NCBI GenBank assembly: GCA_963693365.1
Contig: CAVNZM010000004.1
Coordinates: forward strand, 11,312,468-11,376,467
From: Amoebidium appalachense
Taxonomy: Eukaryota > Protista > Ichthyosporea
Direction: 5' to 3'
Length of the DNA stretch: 64,000 nucleotides
Every line of letters begins with the position of its first letter. Position 1 is the stretch's first letter. Shown one piece after another: positions 32,873 to 62,614 of the stretch. A model generated the notes under the pieces. It was not told the origin of the DNA. It did not search any database and saw only the letters and a program-made list of their open reading frames with translations. The position numbers and the translations under genes are program-made.

Positions 32873-34162
32873 TAGAAAGAAAAACTGCTCGTGGGTCACT
32901 GTTTTTCGTCACTGTATTTGTAACGGGCCGCTCATATTTATATAACTACTTTAATTTAAGTACACGTGTTCATTATCATATACGATGGCCAAATATAGAA
33001 ATTTTGGCGTCGAAGTTCTTGGAGCTAAAAAAACGTTTAAAAGGGGGAAATAATAGCTTGGCCCCAAATTTACCTTGCCGTTTTTAGCGAATGTATTTTT
33101 TATTCATGAGTTCTAGTGATTCAGTGAGTGCACGTGCCTGCCTCAGGCTGATCATGACAACTGCAACACACCATTCCTACATGGATATCAACCAAAAGAA
33201 AATAGTATATACTGTGGTGGTCTCCTAAACCTTGTGCGGCATGCGCATACATGATATTACAGTGACGCATGTGCATATTATTGTTCTGTACACCGGAGTG
33301 TGCCGGTGCACGTGGCTGTTTTGTGCACATGTTACAATAGCAGCACGATCTCCCTAAACTCCATGTTTACACATCCCTCACCCTGGCTCTGCCTTGTCGG
33401 TGCTCCAAAACACACATACAAATCCCCCTAGACTCAGTGCCTGCACATGGTCGCATTCACGTGCAGGTCACGTGACACATGCGATGCCATACTGCCGTCT
33501 ACAGCAACAACCACGGCAGCATGTATACCGGCCCAGCACGAAATATACTTATCGGCAGCCCACTGAACTCGCCCATTTTCTCTTTTTCATGTATGTCCCT
33601 CCTTTTTTGTAAAATCACCCTTTTTGGCCTCCCGGTAGTGGATTTTGCAGGATTTGACTTCTTTGAGGTCCAAAAACCTCAAATTTTCCCCGGCGGGGCC
33701 GGGGAGGGAGAATTCAAAAATTGCCCGCTCCTGATATGGTACCCGGGCCGCGAGACTCAATTTGCAACTGACCAGCCTTCAGCTCATGAGCCAGTTCGTG
33801 AGCCTAGCCTATACAGCGTATGCTCACTCCAAATGAATATTCAATATAGTGCGGGCTTGCAAACACCATTAATGACGTCACGCACGGAAGACTACACAGT
33901 CGAGTTCCGCGGCTTAGAGGCTCTGAGCCTCTGAGGTGTTTCTAGATGGCCGTGCCTCTGACCTGCTCCCTTTCCAACGTTGACTCTTTCCAACCATAGA
34001 CGCGGCATGCACCCGACCCTAACCCTCTCCTTTCTGCGTGGGCTCTGCCTTGTTGTACCTCTGTGCCAAGCTTCTACATGCCCCTCTCTCCTCCCGCTTT
34101 TTGGTCTACACACAGTGACATACAACCAACCATCACTCGAGCACAGGCACATGCACACCAAC

Positions 34163-34552
34163 ATGGCGTTTGTCACACACGCGGGTGTGTCCATGCCGAG
34201 GTTGGTCTACGGCACCGCCTGGAAGAAAGAGCGCACTACACAACTCGTGCTACAGGTGGGCAAGATTGCGGAAGGGCTTTTGTTTGCGAAGATTTTTTTG
34301 GGGTTGTGACGTGTGCGTATGGGCTTGTCTCGGGCATTGCTACAAGTCAAGTTGATGAAAAAAAGGGATTTTTTTTTTTCTCGGCAAGGATTTTGGTCTC
34401 CTGCTTCTCTTCACAGTCTCAACTGCTCCATTAACGCCCCTTTTTTGCCATGGAAAGAACAAGCCACAAGAATAGAGCCCGTAGTTGACCTCTTTTCCTC
34501 TCTCTCTCTCTCTCCCCCCCCCGCTCCCCCTCCCCCCCCCCAATCCCTCCTC

Positions 34553-34589
<37 letters not shown>

Positions 34590-35421
34590 CCCTCCCTCTC
34601 TCCTCTACCCTCTTGTCCTTTAATCATAACGCTTCGCTTGTTTACAGGCTCTGGAGGCTGGATTTCGAGGCATCGACACGGCCTGCCAACCCAAACACTA
34701 TCGTGAGGATCTAGTAGGGGAGGCGCTGGCACAGATTCTTTCACCTACTGGCCCACTCAAGCGCGAAGAGGTGTTTGTGCAGACGAAGTACACACCGATA
34801 GGCGGTCAGGACACAACACAGCGTGCAGGCCCCCTTCCCTACGACCCAAACGCCCCTCTTGCCCAGCAAGTCGAGCAATCCGTGCAGACATCCCTTCGCA
34901 ATTTACACGTTACATACATAGACTCCCTTGTGCTTCATTCGCCCCTCCCCACACACGCACAGACTATGACGGCATGGCGTGCAATGGAGCAGGCACACGC
35001 AAACGGACACGTACGGCAACTGGGAATTAGCAACATATTCGACTCCCAGGCACTGGTTAAGCTGTGGAATGATGCAACGATTAAGCCGGCGATTGTTCAG
35101 AACAGGTTCTATCAAGAAAGTGGCTACGACACAGAAATCCGTGCGTTTTGCGCAAAAAACGTCATCGCGTACCAATCCTTCTGGACACTCACAGCAAACC
35201 CCCACCTGCTCGAGTCTAAACTGATAGGGCAGGTGGCAAAGAGGGCAGGAAAAACACGCGCACAGACGTTGTTCCGGTTTCTGATGGAAATGGGTGTGGT
35301 TCCTTTGACAGGGACGACCAGCACGGAGCACATGAAGCAAGATCTGGAGGTGGTTGGATGGGTGGACGGACCAACACAGGCAGAGGTGACTGAGTTTAGG
35401 GCACTTGTAGGCGAGGTTTAG
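34163..35421 (+). CDS. Aldo-keto reductase family protein (2 exons)
   Basis: Exon 34163-34255 (MPRLVYGTAWK) joined by a GT-AG intron to 34648-35421 (ALEAGFRGIDTACQPKHY...EVFVQTK...YIDSLVLHSP...LGISN...VQNRF). The catalytic D/Y/K/H tetrad is present. In-frame upstream ATGs at 34007 and 34151 could extend the N-terminus. Confidence 0.93.
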
Positions 35422-35760
35422 GTAGATGAAATAAAACGGTTGGTTTCTGCTTAACATTCTATCAGCATAATATACAGTAGTCGTTTACTTTTGGGGTGCA
35501 AAATAAAATTGTTCGTTCCTGTTTCATAGTCGTTTGTTGTTGGGGTGCTCTAGTGGAAGAGTTTTTAAGTCTGGGCCGGGTGTATGGTTGGTTGCCCCAT
35601 TCCCCCTCCGCACAGTTAGTCATTTAGTTAGGTTGTACGTGTGTGTGGTTGTGGTTTGTCAAGAGATCACGGCAGGGGACGTTTTGAAAAAAAGGAATAT
35701 AATTCGTATGAATTATTCGATGTGCACACGTTCAAACAGAGACGGTCACATGGCCGCCCC

Positions 35761-35799
<39 letters not shown>

Positions 35800-35821
35800 C
35801 CAAAAAAAAAAAATTTGCAGG

Positions 35822-35828
35822 AAAAAAA
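35822..35828 (-). terminator. RNA polymerase III terminator (T7) for tRNA-Ala
   Basis: A7 on the + strand immediately after the tRNA discriminator base. Confidence 0.8.
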
Positions 35829-35901
35829 TGGAGGTGCGGGGTATCGATCCCCGTGCCTCTCGCATGCTAAGCGAGCGCTCTACCATCTGAGCTACACCCC
35901 C
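35829..35901 (-). tRNA. tRNA-Ala (anticodon AGC)
   Basis: Reverse complement GGGGGTGTAGCTCAGATGGTAGAGCGCTCGCTTAGCATGCGAGAGGCACGGGGATCGATACCCCGCACCTCCA folds as a cloverleaf with a G3:U70 pair and AGC anticodon. Confidence 0.97.
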
Positions 35902-36277
35902 GACATGAGGATGAGGTCATCAAATGTACATTGTCGGATTTTTCCTCTTGTGCGTATTCCTCAGGAGAACTTGAACACCAAGCTGCCAAGTAACCATACT
36001 TGCTGAAAGTTATCAGGAACTACTCCAGCATTAGTTTTATGCTAGCTCTATCAATAGACTAAAGAAGTGCCTCTAACTTCTACAAACTTAAAGGTACCTA
36101 CCAACCGTGGTTGGGTTCTTCAAGTTATAATTTCTTAACTGTATGATCTTTTGTCCTCGTGAGTACATACTCACTCAAATAAGATAAAAATTTCTTGACA
36201 CGAAAGAGAAAGGATTTACGGTGCATATGTAAGACCATTATTACTTGACCAAAGATTGTAAATAGTGTACTTGTGGA

Positions 36278-36913
36278 TCAATGGTGCTTTTTAAACCTTT
36301 CATAAGCCGCCGGTATCAAGTCCCTCTCTCTTCTCACCTCTCCATCCGAGTACTTATCCAGAAGGATCCCGATGTAGTCCGTCAGACAGCTCAGATCATC
36401 ACTTGTGAACTTAACACCATCCTTTCTTGCCAAAGTGACCGTCCCGACATTCACTTGCCAATCCGGTGGGGCAAAACCTGTTGTTGGGTCTATCATCGAC
36501 CACGTAGCAAACTGGTTGTCAAGCGCTGCAGAACGAGGAATGGAGCTGGGTTTTTCTTTCATGTGACGTTGTATAAGGAGAGGAATGCCCAGTAGAGCAG
36601 GAACAGGGCATGCATGAGTCTGTGGAGAGCTGAAAAACGGGTCAGTTGGAGCCAGTTGAATACTTTCCAGAACTTGCGGTTCCCCCCTGCAATAGAGAAT
36701 AAGCCCTTCGGTTGGACTTGACAGTTTTGTGGTAGTAGTAGGAGGGCGCGAGGAAAACGTGGTGCTAGTTCCTTGTGCCGTGGTCAGCTTGGGTGCTGCA
36801 GTTGTCGATGTTGCCTTGGTGTTTGCAGGTTGCTTGGTGCATGGAGGCTTTGTGTCATCATCCGAATCAGTGTCAATGTTGTCCCATTTGCTGTAATCAA
36901 TTGGCCGTGCCAT
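36278..36913 (-). CDS. Intronless 211-aa hypothetical protein with a Cdc37-N-terminus-like motif
   Basis: Clean ATG-TGA ORF without repeats. It starts MARPIDYSKWDNIDTDSDDD, has a Thr/Ser/Pro linker, then a globular region containing DNQFATWSMIDPTTGFAPPDWQ.NVGTVTLARKDG. Confidence 0.85.
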   Translation of the reverse strand: MARPIDYSKWDNIDTDSDDDTKPPCTKQPANTKATSTTAAPKLTTAQGTSTTFSSRPPTTTTKLSSPTEGLILYCRGEPQVLESIQLAPTDPFFSSPQTHACPVPALLGIPLLIQRHMKEKPSSIPRSAALDNQFATWSMIDPTTGFAPPDWQVNVGTVTLARKDGVKFTSDDLSCLTDYIGILLDKYSDGEVRRERDLIPAAYERFKKHH

Positions 36914-37841
36914 GTTGGTCTGAAAAAAACCAAATGAAAATTCAAAAGAAGGATATGAGGAAGGACGCTCCGTCAGCGCGCTCTGTCACGAAAACGTTGC
37001 ATCAGAGTGGGCAAGAAAAAAACAAGGGAACAAAAAAGTTTCTTAATATTAGCTATACATCGGACAGATGGCGATCGTCATTTGCTTACGTAAGATGATG
37101 CTCTCAAAGCTAATTGTGTCTTACCTGGGTGCTTCTTCACCCAATGAGAAGATCGTACGTTGACTCGCATCTTCACAGGTGGCATCGATATCATGCAGGC
37201 GCACGGCGCACCAAGAGCTACATATACCCTGCAGTAATGCCTGGTAAGCATTAGCAGGTATTCAGTAATAACTGACAAAGCACCAGCAGGAATTATTGGC
37301 AAGCATCAGCGGGTTTGTGCTAGACCAATATTCGTGCACTTCTACTTGCATCTACAGCACCAGCATGGTTCCGCGGTTTGTATAAATTTTGTATGGTCAT
37401 CATGGGATGGTGCCATCGTATATGGAGGCCAATCGTCGTGAATTTGAGTGCCAGCAGTACACAAGGGCGAGTATAAAGACGGCATATAACGGGATTTTCA
37501 TGTCTCTACCCCCGTCCAACATCTCAATTCCTTTGGCCATGCATATGGTAATTAGTATTGGTTTGTACGTTTAAACGTTCGGTTTGCAGCGGGCCTCCAG
37601 CTGTTTGTGTGTGAGTCATGTTTTGTGCATTCATCTGTATTACGGCACTGCAAGTATTGGTACCTGCAGCTATGTGTGTGTAATAGGAGTGTGCATGTGC
37701 AAGAACGATGTAAGCTTCGACCCTGCCTGCCATGCCTTCCCCCCCCCCCCCCTTCCCCCCCGTCCCCTCCTCCCCCCTGGGGCCCCCCCCTTCCCCCCCC
37801 CCCCCCACACACACACACCCACACACACACACGCGTGCGCG

Positions 37842-37971
<130 letters not shown>

Positions 37972-38065
37972 AAAATAACAGTCAACAACTCTAACCCGGC
38001 AAGCCTCAGGGTTGATTTTACGTGTGTGCACACTTGATTATGTCATTTTCTGGCCGGACTGATCC

Positions 38066-38703
38066 AGGGCCCAACCATATCGGCAGAGTCAGCTTGCAAA
38101 AAGCAGAATTGTTCTGCAAAGGCAGAATTATTCTGCAAAAAAGCAAAATTATTCTGCAAAAAGTGGAATTTATTCTGCAAAAGCAGAATCACTCTCCTCT
38201 TAGCAGAATCATTCTGCTTTTAGCAGAATTATTCCGCAAACACAGAATCACCCTGCTTTTAGCAGAATTATTTCGCTAAAAGCAGAGTTATTCCGCAAAA
38301 AGCAGAATTGTTCTGCTTTCGACAGCAGAATAATTCTGCTCTTAACAAAAAGAAAGTCATTCTGCTTTTAGCGGAATAATTAATCCAAAAGGCAGAATTA
38401 TTCTGCTTTCGACAGCAGTATAATCTGCCTTTAGCAGAATAAATTTACTTTTAGTGGAATGGTTATTTCCAAAAAGCAGAATTATTCTGCTTTTAGCGGA
38501 ATTATTCTGCGAAAAGCAGATTAATACGGTTTTCAGAATAATGGTTCTGCTTTTAGTAATCGATTCTGCTTTTGCAGAATAGTTCTGCTTTTGCTGAAAA
38601 ATTCTGCTTTTAGCAGATGATTCTGCTTTTTACAGAATAATTCTGCTTTTTGCAGCATAATTCTGGTCGGAGCAAGTTGACTCAGCCGATGTGGTTGGGC
38701 CCT
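38066..38703. mobile_element. Non-autonomous fold-back DNA element (MITE), 638 bp, ~32-bp TIRs, 6-bp TSD TGATCC
   Basis: Left end AGGGCCCAACCATATCGGCAGAGTCAGCTTGC; reverse complement of right end AGGGCCCAACCACATCGGCTGAGTCAACTTGC. TGATCC at 38060-38065 and 38704-38709. The interior is an array of GCAGAATWATTCTGC palindromes. Confidence 0.9.
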
Positions 38704-38899
38704 TGATCCGAATCTCCTTCCTGAGTCCTGCTATGTAGGTAACCTTAGAACTCACGGCCAGGCCCCACTGATTTACACTGCTACAACCCTCAGTCTATAA
38801 ATAGAAGTCACGTCGATTCAGTGGTGATCTTCACAGTGAACTGGAGGCATTGTTTATTCAACCAAGAAAGGTTCGACGCGTATCAATGGATTGGTGTCA

Positions 38900-39788
38900 T
38901 TCTGCTCGGCAGAGAAAAGTTCTACTTCTTCCAGAAAGATTCTGACATGCCGGGTACTTCTGCGACAAGCAGAATGATTTTGCCTGAAGCAGAATTCTTC
39001 TGAAAAGCGATGTACAAGCAAAACAAAGCTGCAAAAAGCGGTGTATAAGCAGAATCAGCTGAAAACATATTCGGTTACTAGTTTATAAGCAGAGAAGTTC
39101 TAGTAAAAATAGTGTACAAGCAAAAAATCTGCTTAAAGCAGAGTACATGAGCAGAAAGATTTGCTCCCTGTGGCAGGAAGCAGTGTAAAAGCAGCATATT
39201 TCTGCTAAAAGCAGTGTGCCAGCAAAATAATTCTACTAAAAGTGGTACACACAATAATTATGCTAAAACGGCGCCGCACTAGGAAAGAACAGAATCATTC
39301 TGATAGAAGCAGTGTCTCGATATACTGAACAGAGGCTGCTAAAGCATCTGCCAAATGATTCTTGCAACTTGCCTAAATCTGCTACAAGCAAAAGTGGCTC
39401 TGCTGAAGACAGTGTAGGACAAGCTGAATAATTCTGCTGAAAGCTAATTAGTAGCAGAAATATACTAGGCTGATACTGTATAAGGAGTCTACAAGCAGAA
39501 ACCCTTTCTGGTAAAAGCGTTGTACAAGCAGAATGTTTTGCTGAAAGCAAAAAAATTCTGCTGAAAGCAGTGTACAAGCAGAATAAATTTGCTCAAAGCC
39601 AAAAGCCAAAACCCCAAATCAGAATAACCATGTTAAACACGGTCTGACTCACTGCGGCGCAAGCAGGATAAATTTGGTATGAAAGCCAAAAGCAAAATAT
39701 TCTGCTGTCAATATTAGTTGGGTAAATCTGCAGACAGGCACGCACGCAAGCACCGCGCCAGCGCATGTACACGTGTACATGTACACAC

Positions 39789-39846
<58 letters not shown>

Positions 39847-40075
39847 TTGTACACACACGCACACACACGCACACACACACATTTGTACACACACTGGGCA
39901 CACGTGTGTTTTAGTCGAATCGATGAATTGCTTCTGCTTTTCCATGCAGAATAACGTCGCTTGAAATTAGCTGGGTATTCCAACTATAACGGGGGAATCG
40001 AGTGAGTCTGCTTTCAACTTGAAGGTTTGCCCTAAAACAAAATCACTGCTTTTTTTTTTGCAGAAAAAGTGCTGT
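38900..40075. repeat. Degenerate ~30-bp minisatellite (AAAGCAGTGTACAAGCAGAATAATTCTGCT-like) sharing the MITE core motif
   Basis: GTACAAGCAGAA/TATAAGCAGAA-like units at about 39010, 39042, 39112, 39490, 39521 and 39570, with many TTCTGC half-sites. Confidence 0.7.
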
Positions 40076-40738
40076 TCGCAATACAGTCGGCTCATGTGAT
40101 TATGCCCTTCATATATAAAGCTATGCATGTGCGCACGCGTGCACACCGGCCGATGTAACAGTCATTTATCTAGACTGGAATCATTGGCCAATCTGAACTA
40201 CTCACTTTAAGGAATTGTACACGTGCACGAATTACGTAGCATGCATTGGCCGGCACGAGGCCCTAATTAGGCGGGGCCGGGTAGAAGGGAGGTTGGGGGG
40301 GGGGGGGGGGAGGGGGGGGGAAGGGGAGGGGGGAAGGGAACGTTACAGTACGGGGGTAGGTCAGACTATATGGAGACTACCATTTATACTGACGTTGAAA
40401 GCACCAACTTTATTGCATTTGCTGCCATGCCTTGCAGTCATGTTGGGCCTATTATGGTACTCGTTTGACTCCCCACACATGTTTATATTTCGGATTACCG
40501 GTCAGATACGTACAGCGAAAATGTGTCCACTGCATTCGATTAGTACTAAACACCTATATGGTATTGCTATAATTATTGCCTGTATGGTATATAATGATTA
40601 TGTATATTATATATATGCTAGCCTAACCCCCGTGCACGGGTGCTATCCTTCGACTAAAATGACTACCAAGCCCACAGGGAGTATATGTCATGTGTATAGC
40701 ATTATAATAAATAATATCTAAGCGGTAGGGAGAGAGAG

Positions 40739-40788
<50 letters not shown>

Positions 40789-41410
40789 TGTGTGCGTGTG
40801 TGTGTGTGCGCGTGTGGGTGAGTTGGGGGAAGAGAGGGGGGTGGGGGGGGTTGGTAGATAAAAAAAAGAAGACGCGTGCTGATTCTAAACCTTCTCCCTT
40901 GACCTCCCCCCCTCCCCCTCCCCAAATAAAAAGTAAAAAATAAAAATAAAATAAAAATAAAAATAAAAATAAAATACAAGGCCCTTCCATACCTGGCATG
41001 CACACTAAACCCTGCCAGGGCTTTAATTGAAATATCAGGCTATACTGCCCCTACATAATACACAACCAATCACACCCTACGGCATATGTTAGCAATAAAG
41101 CACCGACCACCTTAAACACACCAGCTAGCTGGGGAAAGAGTCTGCCTTTTCATCCCTACTCTACAAGGTCTTCAATGGTTCATTCCACCATCGTATTAAT
41201 ATATAATATTGCTTTTATCCCAGTTACCCTTAAACTTTATGTCGACATTTCGCGGCATAACTTAACAGACATCACGTCCATACGTTGTTAGTAATATAGT
41301 TTCGGCCTTACGTTACAGATTACAACCACTACCTGATCTTTCACTCCCCATACGTTAACCTCCCTTTTCCGGCCTTCCCATGCCGGATTATGCTTGTTTA
41401 GTCCAAGCCA

Positions 41411-56480
<15,070 letters not shown>

Positions 56481-56486
56481 TGGAAA

Positions 56487-56625
56487 CACACATGCCCTGG
56501 TTAGAAAACGAATAGTGCAATAAACATATAAATATACACACATGCCCTGGTTAGAAAAGGAATAGTGGAATAAATATATAAATATATACACATGCCCTGG
56601 TTAGAAAATGAATAGTTCAATAAAT
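56487..56625. repeat. Three tandem ~50-bp units at an intron 3' end of the minus-strand gene
   Basis: CACATGCCCTGGTTAGAAAA-GAATAGT--AATAAA occurs at ~56489, ~56539 and ~56589. Confidence 0.9.
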
Positions 56626-56699
56626 AAATAAACAAATAAACAAATAAACAAACCAATAAATAAACAAATAAATAAAAAAATAAGTAAACAAATACACAC

Positions 56700-59805
<3,106 letters not shown>

Positions 59806-61270
59806 GGCGTGGGGAGAGTGTCAATGGCGTGCAATCAATTCTCAAAAACTTTCATTTTTTTTTTCTTTCAGGAGGATATAATGTACCCAAAATATCGTGC
59901 AGTATCCGTGCCTTTTGCCCAGGAAAAAACAGCTTTCATGGCTGTTCAATGTCGAAGTTTCTATCTGCTTCGTGAACGTTTTAATAATTCATACGAGAGA
60001 GCAAGGGGGAAAGAGAGAGAGGAGAAAAAAGGACTAAAAAGGTGAAGAGCAATCCCGTCAGCTTATACACATGCCTAATAATATGACAGCCTGCGACATC
60101 CAAAGGCAGATTGGAGGGGTCCTCTGCTGGTGATTTGTGGCGCAAACTGCCGTGTAGTGCACTAGTTTCCGACCACCGAAACAGCTTGCTCGTGCCAACC
60201 CCTTTATAAAATCATAGGTGGTCGATGTGATGAACTAATACGCTTCGCAAGCGTTAGCAAACCGAAATACAACAGAAGGATGGGGCTACAAACACCTGCT
60301 AAGCACATACAAAAACATGCCTAATGCATCCCCTACACTGGCAGATGCCTCGATTTGTGGCACGCACATGCATCTGGCGAAACAACAGAAGCTCCCACCA
60401 CTTATAAATTAGAATTACTTCACCATGTGCAACAAAATCTGTAACGTATTATTGTACTAATATTAGCTCATAGTATCATCAACGTATGGAAACAAATGAA
60501 ACATGTAACGTCCTTTTGACTCAGAACCTCCTCCCTTACAGTATCGGATACGTTTTGTGCCGACTCGGACAGAGACGGATAAGCAACACTCGGAATATGA
60601 TGAACCCGATAATAGTCTCCGTAAACCACCTACTTTTCCTGTGGCTACCCCAGGGCCGCCGCAGACAAATACGCTTTTATATTTGTGATCCACAAATCAT
60701 GCATTAAATTTACATTGCATAACAATAATGAATTCCCCCTTTCAATTCTTCTGCTTCTTTACCTTGACTGTTTACTTCTTTGCTATATTGCAAAATTTGC
60801 AATACCAAGAGTTTATTCCTATGAAGGTAAGTTTTGACCGCGGGGTTTTGTTGGGGGTTTAGTTGAACGTTTGGAATGCAATTGTTTAAACCCGCCAAAA
60901 AAGCCCCGAAGGATTAACTTAGGTCAGCATCATCGGTCACGGACGTGGTCATTTTGTAGTCGGTCAGCTGACTCAGTTCCGACAAGATCTGAGGAGCCTC
61001 AGGCAACGGGATTTGAATGATTGCTTCAGAGGACTCGGGTTCTCCAAAAATGAACCCATATCATAATTTGAGCGCACAGACTGGTCGTGTTGGTGCTTAT
61101 ACTACAGTACACATATAGGTCGATGTCATACAAAAGTCAACGTCACGGAGAGGATTTTTTTTCAGCTGGGAGGCTGGGAAGACTCAATGCCCCCCCTTCC
61201 CCCACCTCCTCACCACCACCACCACCACCATCATAACCACCCCTGTGACTCCACTACTTTCCCACCAATA

Positions 61271-61310
<40 letters not shown>

Positions 61311-62326
61311 CCCTACACACACTAAGTCACACACACACACACACACACACACCCTGCCCAACCCCTCCACACACACACACACACTCACACACACGCACGC
61401 ACACGCACACACATACACGAACACGCACACGCACGCATGCACGAACAAGCACGCTCGCGCAACACAACAAGTGCACGGTGTCACACAACGAAAAAGGCAT
61501 GCACGAGAGAGATGACTTAGAAGGTTAACGTTGGCATCTGATTCGCCATGCTCGACACGTTCAAATATTTTCATGGTTCTGGATTTATTTTCCCAAGCTT
61601 ACTTGATTCTGGGTTTCACACACAGGTGCCCGGGCCGCGGCTGGTCAATTTCAACGCGTTATCACCACGTCAAGTACACGTATTTGTCTATATAATGACC
61701 TCCATATCATCACATTATGGATTTATTACGATTATATCATAGCAGGGGCAAGCAGATGTTGGAGTGCTGGAGTGTCTTGTGCATGACGATCGATACACCC
61801 AAATCTTGATTAACACGAGCGAAAGAGGCAAAAGAAATATCGCATGGGGTCGATATCAGTACCCATCCTAGCCCAAAGACTGTGGTGTGATGTTAATTTT
61901 TTATTGGTTAATGAAACGGTAAAAACACAAAAAATACCAAAATCTTAACATGCACATTGTTATTCCAGTGCCACGCTGTCCCATGAGAGTAGTGGCCATA
62001 CAACTGTGGCATATTAGTATACTAGCTTTCGTCTCCATAAGTAATTCAGGTTGTATCATTCACACGGACTGTGAGTATAGGACGACGATTTTTCATCACA
62101 GCCCTAATCTGGTGGTGTCTATGTTCTCAGACCCCCCCCCCCCCCCCCCCATCCTCCCCCCTCCCTCCCTCCCCCCCCTCCTCCCCAGGGGGGGGGGCGG
62201 GCCACCCGTCACAATTTTTAGCGCGTACGATACTCAACCCACTCCGCACGCATTCTGTGAGTATATGGGTGCTCCTGAATAAGTGCAAGTCTTAGACCTA
62301 CGGGATTATGCCGCTGTAGCCCATGA

Positions 62327-62365
<39 letters not shown>

Positions 62366-62614
62366 CCACCACACACACACACACATACACCCACTCACAC
62401 AAAACACACACACCGGCGCTAATTAGAAGACGATTACATTAACAATATCCTAGAAGAGCTAGCAGGGTAAGTAAACAAGACAGTCGAACGGAGAATGAAA
62501 AGGACAGCCATGCTGGTCAAAAATAAGCACATGTGTTGATGCTGTGCCATCAACATGGGAAGCAAAGCGCAAAACTGCACCCAATTCTCACCCTCAGACC
62601 GCTTGTTTGGGAAG

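Noticed and set aside
33685-33770. GC hairpin (CCCCGGC-GGG-GCCGGGG) as a Helitron 3' end, and a short similarity to 61625-61652 (GGTRCCCGGGCCGCG...TCAATTT)
   Set aside because: No CTRR terminus at the expected distance, and the similarity does not extend beyond ~25 bp.
38066-39600. Palindromic repeat array resembling a CRISPR
   Set aside because: There are no unique spacers of constant length and no cas genes. The context is eukaryotic, and TIR+TSD explain the first part as a MITE.
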